From Bacteriovoracia bacterium (GTDB lineage: Bacteria > Bdellovibrionota > UBA1018 > CAIPTA01), in contig JBFWVL010000001.1 of NCBI GenBank assembly GCA_050246755.1, positions 1,849,266 through 1,913,265 on the forward strand: 64,000 nt of DNA. The letters run 5' to 3'. A model generated the notes under the pieces. It did not search any database. It saw nothing but the letters and a program-made list of their open reading frames with translations, and was not told where the DNA came from. The position numbers were made by a program, and so were the translations under genes. Every line of letters starts with the position of its first letter. Position 1 is the first letter of the stretch. Positions 19,585 through 27,336 of this stretch are shown here, in pieces.

Positions 19585-19791
19585 TTAGTGCTTCTTTTTC
19601 GCCAGTTTCATCAGGGCTTTTTGTTCACGCACCTTGTCTAAAATCACGAGAGCTTCGTCGCGAAGGTCGTTTTCGTGCACAAAACGATAGAAGGCTTCCA
19701 TGTCCGCTTGTTGGCGGAAATTTTTAGGAATTCCTCCGGCAGCTAGGGCGGCTTTTCCGGCTTCAGAGTTCATGTCGAGATCTTGTTCCAT
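19585..19791 (-). CDS. Small hypothetical protein
   Basis: AAGGAG RBS; 68 aa; followed by a terminator. Confidence 0.75.
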   Translation of the reverse strand: MEQDLDMNSEAGKAALAAGGIPKNFRQQADMEAFYRFVHENDLRDEALVILDKVREQKALMKLAKKKH

Positions 19792-19838
19792 TGCTATTCT
19801 CCTTCGTTCGGTGACTAAAAATGCGTTTCAGGGCCAGC

Positions 19839-21497
19839 CTAGTTGTGACTTTGTTCTACCATAGCGGGGCTAGTTTCCAATAAGCCGTAGCGATGGAGTT
19901 TGTTGTAGAGCGTTTTAATAGTGATTCCGAGCACTTTGGCCGTCTTCGTTTTATTGCCGTGCTGGTAGGCGAGCATCTGCAGAATATGATTCTTTTCGAG
20001 GTCTTCGAGCGTCATCGCGATCGTATGCTGGCTGGCATTATTTTGCGTACTCGCATTGGTGTTGGAGCTCTGCGACATGCGGATATTGAAAGGCAGGTCT
20101 TCGATGCGGATTTCGCTGCCTTCCACCAAGATTTTTAGCTGCTCGATCGTGTTCTGCAGCTCGCGGATATTTCCGGGCCAGGCATAGTGTTTCATCGCTT
20201 CCATGGCTTTATTTTCCACGGAGAGAATCCGGGTGCTGCCGTAGCGCGAGTTATCGAGGAAGTAACGCACGAGCAGCGCGATGTCTTCGGGGCGTTTTCT
20301 CAAGGGAGGAACGCGGAGGGTGATCGTATTGAGGCGGTAGAATAGATCTTCGCGGAAGCGAGAATTCTTCACTTCCTGCTCCAGATCGCGGTTCGTGGCC
20401 GAGAGCACGCGCACATCCACGCGGATAGGTTGCTTGCCGCCGATACGGTACATTTCGCCTTCCTGCAGGAAGCGCAGGAGCTTGGTTTGGATGCTGAGGC
20501 TCATCTCGCCGATCTCGTCCAAGAAGATGGTTCCGCCGTCGGCGGTTTCGGCCAAGCCGATTTTTTGCGCTACGGCGCCGGTGAAGGATCCTTTTTCGTG
20601 CCCGAAGAGCTCGCTTTCGAGCAAGCTTTCCTGGAGTGCTCCACAGTTGATCGTTACGAAAGGTTTATCCGAGCGATCGCTCTGGCGGTGAATTCTCTGG
20701 GCCACGAGCTCTTTCCCCGTGCCGCTTTCCCCTTGGATCAGCACGCTCACGCGCGTGGGGGCGATTTTGTCCACCATGCTGAGGAGCGAGTGGATGGCGG
20801 AAGACTGGCCGATCATATCGCGGTTACCGGAATTGCGGTTCACGATGGTTTTCAGGGCGCGGTTCTCTTTCTGGAGCAGCTTCTGCTGGTCCATGATGCG
20901 ATCGTTGGCCACGCGCAGTTCCTGCGTTTTTTCTTCCACGATTTTTTTCAATTCTTTATTGAAGCCGCTCACCTTGTTGTAGAGCTGGGCGTTCGAGAGG
21001 GCGAGCGACACTTGGGCGCCGATGCTCTCCATCACGTGCTGATCCTCTTCTTCGAACGCATTGCTCTCGGCGGCTTCCACGTTGAGCACGCCGATCAATC
21101 CTTCTTCCGAGTTCACGATGGGAACGGCGAGGGCGGATTTCGTTTCGATGGGTAGTTTCAGCGAGGTGAAATTTTTATCCTGGGAAACATCATTAGAGAG
21201 GTGCGCGCGCTTCGTGGCCACCACGTGACCAATGATGCCTTCGCCCTTGAGCTGGAATCCGGGAGAAAGAAAATTGGCGTAGGCGCCTTCGTGGGCCTGC
21301 AGCGTAGCGGTGCCGTCAGCGGCTACGGTCCAGAGGCTCATGTAATAATAATTGAAGCGGCTTTGGATTACGCGCAGGGTTTCTTTATAAACGTTGTCGG
21401 CGCTGAGCACGCTTTGTAGGCGGTGGCTCAGTTCGTTGAGCATATGCAGCTGAGCGCGGGATTTGCTTTTAATGGCGCTCTGTTGATTTTCCGTCAT
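19839..21497 (-). CDS. Sigma-54 enhancer-binding protein with N-terminal GAF domain
   Basis: GAF domain, coiled coil, GESGTGKE, ESELFGHEKGSFTGA, FLDEIGE, WPGNIREL, Fis-type HTH. Confidence 0.93.
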   Translation of the reverse strand: MTENQQSAIKSKSRAQLHMLNELSHRLQSVLSADNVYKETLRVIQSRFNYYYMSLWTVAADGTATLQAHEGAYANFLSPGFQLKGEGIIGHVVATKRAHLSNDVSQDKNFTSLKLPIETKSALAVPIVNSEEGLIGVLNVEAAESNAFEEEDQHVMESIGAQVSLALSNAQLYNKVSGFNKELKKIVEEKTQELRVANDRIMDQQKLLQKENRALKTIVNRNSGNRDMIGQSSAIHSLLSMVDKIAPTRVSVLIQGESGTGKELVAQRIHRQSDRSDKPFVTINCGALQESLLESELFGHEKGSFTGAVAQKIGLAETADGGTIFLDEIGEMSLSIQTKLLRFLQEGEMYRIGGKQPIRVDVRVLSATNRDLEQEVKNSRFREDLFYRLNTITLRVPPLRKRPEDIALLVRYFLDNSRYGSTRILSVENKAMEAMKHYAWPGNIRELQNTIEQLKILVEGSEIRIEDLPFNIRMSQSSNTNASTQNNASQHTIAMTLEDLEKNHILQMLAYQHGNKTKTAKVLGITIKTLYNKLHRYGLLETSPAMVEQSHN

Positions 21498-21868
21498 AGG
21501 GTCTTGCTCCTGAGTCCGTACCTGCTAAAAACTTCTACAGGGTTACGGCGCGGTGCATAATATAAAAAATACAGGTAAGGCGCAAGCACAAAGTAGACGG
21601 AGCTACTCCGCTGATTTTATTCAAAAGGCGAAGAGACACCGGTCGCTACTCCAATTAGGTTTGAGTAGGCGAATTGGAATCAAAAAAATCGGCCTCGATT
21701 TTGGGCAATACCCTTACTTATTTTCCGGGTGGTTAGCCTTTTCTATAGATAGAGGGAAAAGCCATTCCTGGGACCGGAAGAAAATATTACGTGGTGGTTT
21801 CTGGGCAAAACCTTGGGGGGCTTATTATTAACTTGCTGAAATTAAAGGAAAATATCGCTAAAATACAG

Positions 21869-21881
21869 TAATTGATTGATT
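21869..21881 (-). promoter_or_regulatory. IHF consensus site
   Basis: AATCAATCAATTA matches WATCAANNNNTTR in an AT-rich intergenic region. Confidence 0.4.
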
Positions 21882-21942
21882 TGGTCTTGTATTATGTTCC
21901 GAATCGGCGTACAACTGTTTCCTGCCTTTACCAGGAGCACCC

Positions 21943-22287
21943 ATGAAACACCTTCTCCTTCTCTCCGCCCTCTCCCTCTTATTCGCCAGCGCCGCTATGG
22001 CCGGAAGCGACGGACCCTGCGCCAGTTTCGCTAAATACGGAGCCATGCGCGCGTTCAAAGCCGAAGGCCACGATCTTTCGGGTGATGCCAAGTACGAGCT
22101 TAGTCATATGAGAACGAAGAACGATAAATCGCTCTACTACGTGACCATTACCGAACCCGTGGACGCGACCGTTCCCGTAGGAAGCAGCAGCAACCAGGAA
22201 AGCACCAGCTACTTCGTGACCGCGCAAGCCCGTGAATCGAGCTGCCGGATCCTCGACGTTTCGAAGACCAGCCTCGCTGATTTTTAA
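21943..22287 (+). CDS. Exported hypothetical protein
   Basis: AGGAG RBS; signal peptide; two Cys near the termini. Confidence 0.75.
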   Translation: MKHLLLLSALSLLFASAAMAGSDGPCASFAKYGAMRAFKAEGHDLSGDAKYELSHMRTKNDKSLYYVTITEPVDATVPVGSSSNQESTSYFVTAQARESSCRILDVSKTSLADF

Positions 22288-22301
22288 GTAAACTGTTTCT
22301 A

Positions 22302-22345
22302 AAATAAAAAACGCGGCCGCCAAAAGCGCGCCGCGTTTTTTATTT
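22302..22345. terminator. Bidirectional rho-independent terminator
   Basis: aaataaaaaacgcgg...ccgcgttttttattt. Confidence 0.8.
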
Positions 22346-22423
22346 GTGCTATTCCCGTCCAATATTCCGCAGTGCCTTGCCTTGCAGCAACCTTGGACCG
22401 TATTGTGAGGGCACGGAGGATTC

Positions 22424-22870
22424 ATGAGATTTCTCATCCTAGCTTTAGCCTTGTTCACGAGCGTGGCTCGCGCGGAGATCGATATCGGCCAGGAAGTGCG
22501 CCAGCAATTCGATCGTATGCGGGCGGTGGTTTCTAAAATGAAGCCCGAGTTCGCAGTGGGCGGCTATCTCAACGGCAAAAGCTTCGGCGATCACGAAGTG
22601 CTCTGGCATCTCGAACCTACCGGCGATGCCGAGGTGATTCGCATCTACCGCGAAAAGAAAAACGGGCAAGCCTTCGATATCACCTTTCACCGCAATGATG
22701 CGATCGTGAGAGGGCGCACTGTGGTCCGCCGTTTCGTGGGCCCTTCTCCTACCGGCTGGCGCAACGATACGGTGGATGCCGATACAGGCGAGTACCTCGG
22801 CAGCCAAGGCCAGGAAGAGCCGTTGATGGATAAGCGAGATCGGGAAATTTTTAAGCGCTGGCTGGAGTGA
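22424..22870 (+). CDS. Exported hypothetical protein
   Basis: GGAGG RBS; signal peptide ending ARA; 148 aa. Confidence 0.75.
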   Translation: MRFLILALALFTSVARAEIDIGQEVRQQFDRMRAVVSKMKPEFAVGGYLNGKSFGDHEVLWHLEPTGDAEVIRIYREKKNGQAFDITFHRNDAIVRGRTVVRRFVGPSPTGWRNDTVDADTGEYLGSQGQEEPLMDKRDREIFKRWLE

Positions 22871-22882
22871 ATTTTCCCAAAT

Positions 22883-22912
22883 AAAAAAGCCGGCATCCCT
22901 GCCGGCTTTTTT
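22883..22912. terminator. Bidirectional terminator between convergent genes
   Basis: aaaaaagccggca-tccc-tgccggctttttt perfect inverted repeat. Confidence 0.85.
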
Positions 22913-22939
22913 GTGCGCTGCTTCTCCGCTGTAGAGTTT

Positions 22940-23061
22940 TTAGTTCGCCGGCCCCCACTTCGCCGCTTGAGCTCGGGCTCCTGCCCTCGCCTCTTGCGAG
23001 CGCTCGCTTCGCTGCGCGTCCCAATCGGCATTCCTGCCGATTGGTCGCAGTTTCCGAGAAA
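22940..23061 (-). repeat. Synonymously diverged duplicate of the tolB 3' end, interrupted by a 77-bp structured insert
   Basis: Minus strand CTC GGA AAC TGC GA[22968-23044]A GCG GCG AAG TGG GGG CCG GCG AAC TAA versus tolB TTC GGC AAC TGC GAA GCG GCG AAA TGG GGA CCG GCT AAT TAA. Confidence 0.9.
22968..23044 (-). mobile_element. Putative miniature multi-hairpin inserted element
   Basis: CCAATCGGCA-GGAA-TGCCGATTGG (10-bp perfect stem), GCGAAGC mini-hairpin, CTC-GCAA-GAG, GGGC-AGGA-GCCC; sits inside the duplicated GA^A codon. Confidence 0.55.
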
Positions 23062-24375
23062 TTAATTAGCCGGTCCCCATTTCGCCGCTTCGCAGTTGCC
23101 GAAGTCGGACGTGATCTGGCGGTGCACGGTATTGTCGATATTCGTGATGTAGAGGTTCTTCTTTCCCTTGCGGTTCGAGGAATACACGATGAAATAACCG
23201 TCCGGAGCAAAATCCGGATCCTCGTTATTGCCCATATTCTTGGTGAGGCGCTCGAGGCCGGTGCCGTCGGTATTCATGATGAAGATATCGAATTTGCCCG
23301 CGTCCCAGCCCGCGAAAGCGAGCTTATTCCCCTGGGGGCTCCAGCTCGGCGTGGCGTTGTAGAAGCCCGCGTAGGTGAGGCGTTGCACGTTGGCGCCGTT
23401 GGACTCCATCTTGTACACCATGGGGCGGCCGGAGCGGTCGGATACGAATGCGAGCCATTTGCCATCGGGGCTCCAGGAAGGATCCACGTCGAGGCCAAAG
23501 CTATTCGTGACCCGCTGGATTACCTTCGAGGCGGGATCCATCAAGAAGATCTCTGGGTTGCCGGGGAAGCTCATAGTGAGCGCGATCTGTTTTCCATTGG
23601 GAGAATAGGCCGCGCCGGAGTTGATGCCCGGCTTATTGGAGAGCATCTCGATCTTGCCGGTAGGCAGGCTATACATGAAGAGGTTGTGGTTGCGCACGTT
23701 TTTTCTGTTTTTGGTGATCGCGGTAAATACGATCTCTTTACCATCGGGGCGCCAGCCGGGGGCCATGGCGTGGGAGAAACGCGACGTTACCTTGATTGGG
23801 TTCTGGCCGTCGTAGTCCATCAGGTAGATTTCTTTTTTTCCGGTGCGGTCCGACACGAAGGCGATCTTCGAGGTGAAGGGGCCTTTTTTGCCGGTGAGGG
23901 CGAAGAGGATATCGTTGGAAACGGTATGCGCCATCTTCCGGATCGAATCGTTGCCGGCTTTGTAGCGCTTGCCGAGCAACTGCTTGCCGGTGGAAATTCC
24001 GTAGAGGTAGAGCTCGAGGCTCACGCCAGAGCTGTCTACGTTGCCGCGTGCCTTGATGAGGAACTCGGAGCCGATGGCGGACCAGTCGGTCATCTTGAAG
24101 GAGCCGAGGGTTACGCCGGCTTTGGTTGGGTCTTCCACGAAAGCGGAGGGGTTAAGGAAATCGAAGAGGCCGGAGAAGGCGAGGTCTTCCATCGTGATCT
24201 CGCGCACGGAGCGGAGCCGGCCTTCGCCGTCGTTCGGGGCCACGATCGTGGGAAAGGCCACGATGGATTTACGCGTGCGGGCATCGCCCACGGCGATCTT
24301 GAGCACGGGCTCGTCGGCGTAGGCCGTGAGGGTGGTTGCCAGGAAGGGTAAAAGCAGTAGGAATAAGATTTTCAT
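23062..24375 (-). CDS. tolB: Tol-Pal beta-propeller protein TolB
   Basis: Signal peptide, N-terminal domain (DLAFSGLF), PD40 repeats (PSWSPDG); follows tolQRA. Confidence 0.93.
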   Translation of the reverse strand: MKILFLLLLPFLATTLTAYADEPVLKIAVGDARTRKSIVAFPTIVAPNDGEGRLRSVREITMEDLAFSGLFDFLNPSAFVEDPTKAGVTLGSFKMTDWSAIGSEFLIKARGNVDSSGVSLELYLYGISTGKQLLGKRYKAGNDSIRKMAHTVSNDILFALTGKKGPFTSKIAFVSDRTGKKEIYLMDYDGQNPIKVTSRFSHAMAPGWRPDGKEIVFTAITKNRKNVRNHNLFMYSLPTGKIEMLSNKPGINSGAAYSPNGKQIALTMSFPGNPEIFLMDPASKVIQRVTNSFGLDVDPSWSPDGKWLAFVSDRSGRPMVYKMESNGANVQRLTYAGFYNATPSWSPQGNKLAFAGWDAGKFDIFIMNTDGTGLERLTKNMGNNEDPDFAPDGYFIVYSSNRKGKKNLYITNIDNTVHRQITSDFGNCEAAKWGPAN

Positions 24376-25172
24376 AGGGGAAACAATACCTCCACACCAG
24401 TATTACGCAATCCTTTCGCTAAGTCCTCCGGGGGAGGCGCGAAGGGACTGCTTTTTTGTACCGAAGTTTTTACGTACTCGTCGAAAACGTCGTTGCCCGA
24501 GCGCTGCAGGAAGGTGACCTGGGTCACCGTGCCGCGGCCGTCAATATAAATGCGCACCACCGCCCGCAGGCCTTTGCCCTGGAGCCATACCGGGAGTCCC
24601 CAGTTGGAACGCAGGCGCTCGGTGATATGGCCGCCGTAGGCGTTGAGGGTCTCGGCCATGTCGCCGGTGGAATTCGTGCCCTTATGCACTTGGTTGCCCG
24701 AGATCGCGTTGCGGTAGGTCTCTTCGAAGCGCTTGAGGTCTTCCTTGCGCTTGTTGAGCTGTTCCTGCTGCTGCTTTTTATTCTCCGCCTGCTTTTTGCT
24801 CTCGTTCTTTTTCACTTGCTCGCGCAGGCGCTCGAGGGCGTTCTTGGCTTCCTTGGCGGAGTCTTTCGGGGGAGTGGGAGCCTTGATCGGCGCGGGTTCC
24901 GGCTCATCGGGCTGGGCTTTTTCTTCGGGGGGAGGCGGGGGATTTTCTTTAACCTTGAGGGTGGTATCGATCGGATCGGGATTTTCCTGCTTCACTTGAC
25001 TGGGCAGGGCCACCATATCGATTTGCACGGCAGGATTGAATACCAGCGCCTTCGAGGGAAATACGAGTTGCCCGAAAAGGAGAAAGAGGAAAAGACCCGC
25101 GTGCAGGGAAAAGGAAATCGTCAGGTAGCGCTTCGCGGTTTTTTTCTGCTCGGACGCTTGCGGTTGCATCAC
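24372..25172 (-). CDS. tolA: TolA/TonB-family energy transducer
   Basis: TM helix with SFSLH motif, Pro-rich and K/E helical linker, TonB_C-like C-terminus (RSGNDVFD, PFAPPP). Confidence 0.8.
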   Translation of the reverse strand: MMQPQASEQKKTAKRYLTISFSLHAGLFLFLLFGQLVFPSKALVFNPAVQIDMVALPSQVKQENPDPIDTTLKVKENPPPPPEEKAQPDEPEPAPIKAPTPPKDSAKEAKNALERLREQVKKNESKKQAENKKQQQEQLNKRKEDLKRFEETYRNAISGNQVHKGTNSTGDMAETLNAYGGHITERLRSNWGLPVWLQGKGLRAVVRIYIDGRGTVTQVTFLQRSGNDVFDEYVKTSVQKSSPFAPPPEDLAKGLRNTGVEVLFPL

Positions 25173-25618
25173 CGTTTCGTATTCGCCGGCTCGGTTACCA
25201 GGCCAATGCGCAGGATGCCGGCGGCCTGGGCTTGCGCCATTGCGGCGGCCACGAGTCCGTAGGAAATTCCTTTGTCGGCCTGGATGAAGATTTCTTTTTT
25301 CTCGCGCTTCTCGAAGATCGCTTTTAGCTTCTCGGAGAGTTGAGCGGCGGGGATCGCGTTGCCGTTGATTTCGGCGTTTCCGCTCTTGTTGATCACGAGC
25401 ACGATCGGCTTTTCTTGCTCGGAAAGCGAGGGAGACTTGGTTTTCGGCAGGTCCACCTGGATGCCTTGCTGCATGAGCGGGGCGCTCACCATGAAGATGA
25501 TGAGCAGCACGAGCATCACGTCCACCATGGGCGTAACGTTGATCTCCGCGAGCATCCCTTCGGCGCCGTGGATATTATCCGTCTGCGCGGTTTTTCTGCC
25601 GCCGCCCATCCCCGCCAC
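25169..25618 (-). CDS. tolR: TolR/ExbD
   Basis: EINVTPMVDVMLVLLIIFMVSAP. Confidence 0.9.
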   Translation of the reverse strand: MAGMGGGRKTAQTDNIHGAEGMLAEINVTPMVDVMLVLLIIFMVSAPLMQQGIQVDLPKTKSPSLSEQEKPIVLVINKSGNAEINGNAIPAAQLSEKLKAIFEKREKKEIFIQADKGISYGLVAAAMAQAQAAGILRIGLVTEPANTKR

Positions 25619-26292
25619 TAGATGGCCCTTTCACGCTGGAGCAAATTGAGCAGGTCCTGGTTGAAAGAATCGAGGGCTTGCGCTTGTCCGCGAATACGCC
25701 CATTGAGCACGTTATAGAAAATAGCGGCGGGAATGGCGGCGGCGAGGCCGATCGCGGTGGCGATGAGGGCCTCGGAAATACCGGGAGCCACGTTCGCAAG
25801 ATTGGCGGAGCCGGTGATGCCGATCGAGCGGAAGGAATTCATGATCCCCCAAACAGTTCCGAAGAGGCCCACGAAGGGCGCGGAGCTGGCGGTGGTGGCG
25901 AGCCAGGAGACGGAGTGCTCGAGGGCCGCGATCTCGGTGGTATTGGCTTTGCGGAGAGCGCGGACCACTACGTCGGCCTTCAGGCCGTCGGTGGGTTTAT
26001 CGTCGCCGAGCTTTCTCAGCTCGCGAATGGCGGCTTGGAAACTTTTGGCCACGGGGCTGAGCGGATAATCCGCGGCGCGGCTAAAGGATTCGGAAAGATT
26101 CCAGCCGCCCCAGAAGCCATGAAGAAATTGGTCGTTTTGCTTTTCCGCCTGGCGGAGCAGCTGGCGTTTAAAAAGAATGATGGCCCAGGAAGAAACGCTC
26201 GCGGTGAGCAGCCCGAGCAGGACGAGTTTTACAACCCAGCCGGCATTCCAAATGAGATCGATCGCGCTAAGGGAAACTTCATGATTTTGCAT
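25618..26292 (-). CDS. tolQ: TolQ/ExbB
   Basis: APFVGLFGTVWGIMNSF, VAPGISEALIATAIGLAAAIPA. Confidence 0.92.
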   Translation of the reverse strand: MQNHEVSLSAIDLIWNAGWVVKLVLLGLLTASVSSWAIILFKRQLLRQAEKQNDQFLHGFWGGWNLSESFSRAADYPLSPVAKSFQAAIRELRKLGDDKPTDGLKADVVVRALRKANTTEIAALEHSVSWLATTASSAPFVGLFGTVWGIMNSFRSIGITGSANLANVAPGISEALIATAIGLAAAIPAAIFYNVLNGRIRGQAQALDSFNQDLLNLLQRERAI

Positions 26293-26391
26293 GCTTTAGA
26301 GAATAGAAGGGGCATCCGCAAAGGTCAATTGGAGAGGGTTTTGACGCAATGGTTTGGCCGACTTAGACTTTTTTCTATCACACGGTAGCGG

Positions 26392-27336
26392 TTAATTTTG
26401 CCTTGCGTACGAGGCCGCCACGTCTTGTTTCCAAGTAAGGTAGGCGCCGCCCACGATCATTACGAGAATACTCGTGAGCCCGAGTCCGGAAAAAGGAGCG
26501 CCGTGCAACCCCGCCAGAAGCTCGGAGCCCTTGCCGATCGGCTTGAACAGGAAGAACGAAGGGCCTTCGGTTTCCCAGAGCGGAAGGCCGGCAATCGGAT
26601 GCAGCATGCAAAGTAAGGAAAGCAGAAAGCCGAGCCCGCGGTGAGAGCGGCCGGATTTTAGGTAGAAAAATCCAAGGGCCAAGTTCACTAAAACTAAGTT
26701 CAGGCAGTCGAGTCCGGTCAGCTGAAATTGCAAATTTTTTACGAAGAGGTAGGCCGCGGTGGTGGCGCAGATCGCGAGGCCCGCGGGCAAGCGGCCGAGC
26801 AGGAATTTTTGAATTTTGTGCCGAAAGATAAATTCCTCGCAGATCACCAGCACCACGAGCGCCGCGAAATCCACGAAGAAAAGAGGGAATACCGGCGTGC
26901 CCAGGGTTGAGGTGATGTAAACCCCGAGAAAGGAAAGCTGGCCGGAGAGCGTGAAGAGGAAAAGGTAGACGAGCACGGCGATCGCGCCGCTCGAGAGACC
27001 GCGCAGGAGCTCACGCTTGGTGATGCGATCGAGCTGCCAAGCTGGCTTCAGCGGGGAATTCCAGAAGGGATCCTGGCGGTAAAGAGCGCGGTCGGCCAGC
27101 CAGGTGGTAACCGAAAGCAGCAGGGCCGCCAAGGCGAACGCGAGCAGCAAGTATTGGGAAGAAATTTCGTTCACCGTATTGCCGAAATCGCTGCCGGTTT
27201 TATCCGTGGCGGAAACTAGATAAGCCACCACGGTATAGAGCAGAGTTTGCGCAACCTGCGTGGCGATTAAATAAAATAATAGAATGAAGAAAATGGGCTT
27301 GAAGGCGAGCAGGCGGGCGAAGAACGAATCGTTCAT
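26392..27336 (-). CDS. CPBP/Abi (CAAX protease-like) membrane protein
   Basis: Multi-TM protein with EEFIFR motif; 4-nt overlap with upstream gene. Confidence 0.7.
   Translation of the reverse strand: MNDSFFARLLAFKPIFFILLFYLIATQVAQTLLYTVVAYLVSATDKTGSDFGNTVNEISSQYLLLAFALAALLLSVTTWLADRALYRQDPFWNSPLKPAWQLDRITKRELLRGLSSGAIAVLVYLFLFTLSGQLSFLGVYITSTLGTPVFPLFFVDFAALVVLVICEEFIFRHKIQKFLLGRLPAGLAICATTAAYLFVKNLQFQLTGLDCLNLVLVNLALGFFYLKSGRSHRGLGFLLSLLCMLHPIAGLPLWETEGPSFFLFKPIGKGSELLAGLHGAPFSGLGLTSILVMIVGGAYLTWKQDVAASYARQN

Noticed and set aside
21553-21831. 92-aa ORF in the AT-rich intergenic region
   Set aside because: No RBS and atypical composition; more likely regulatory DNA.
22687-23031. 114-aa minus-strand ORF starting inside the hairpin insert, in frame with tolB
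   Set aside because: It runs through a terminator and overlaps a convergent gene; low-complexity product and no support as a real CDS.
22940-23103. CRISPR or diversity-generating retroelement interpretation of the tolB repeat
   Set aside because: Only two copies and no cas or reverse transcriptase gene in the window; the differences are synonymous and not adenine-specific.
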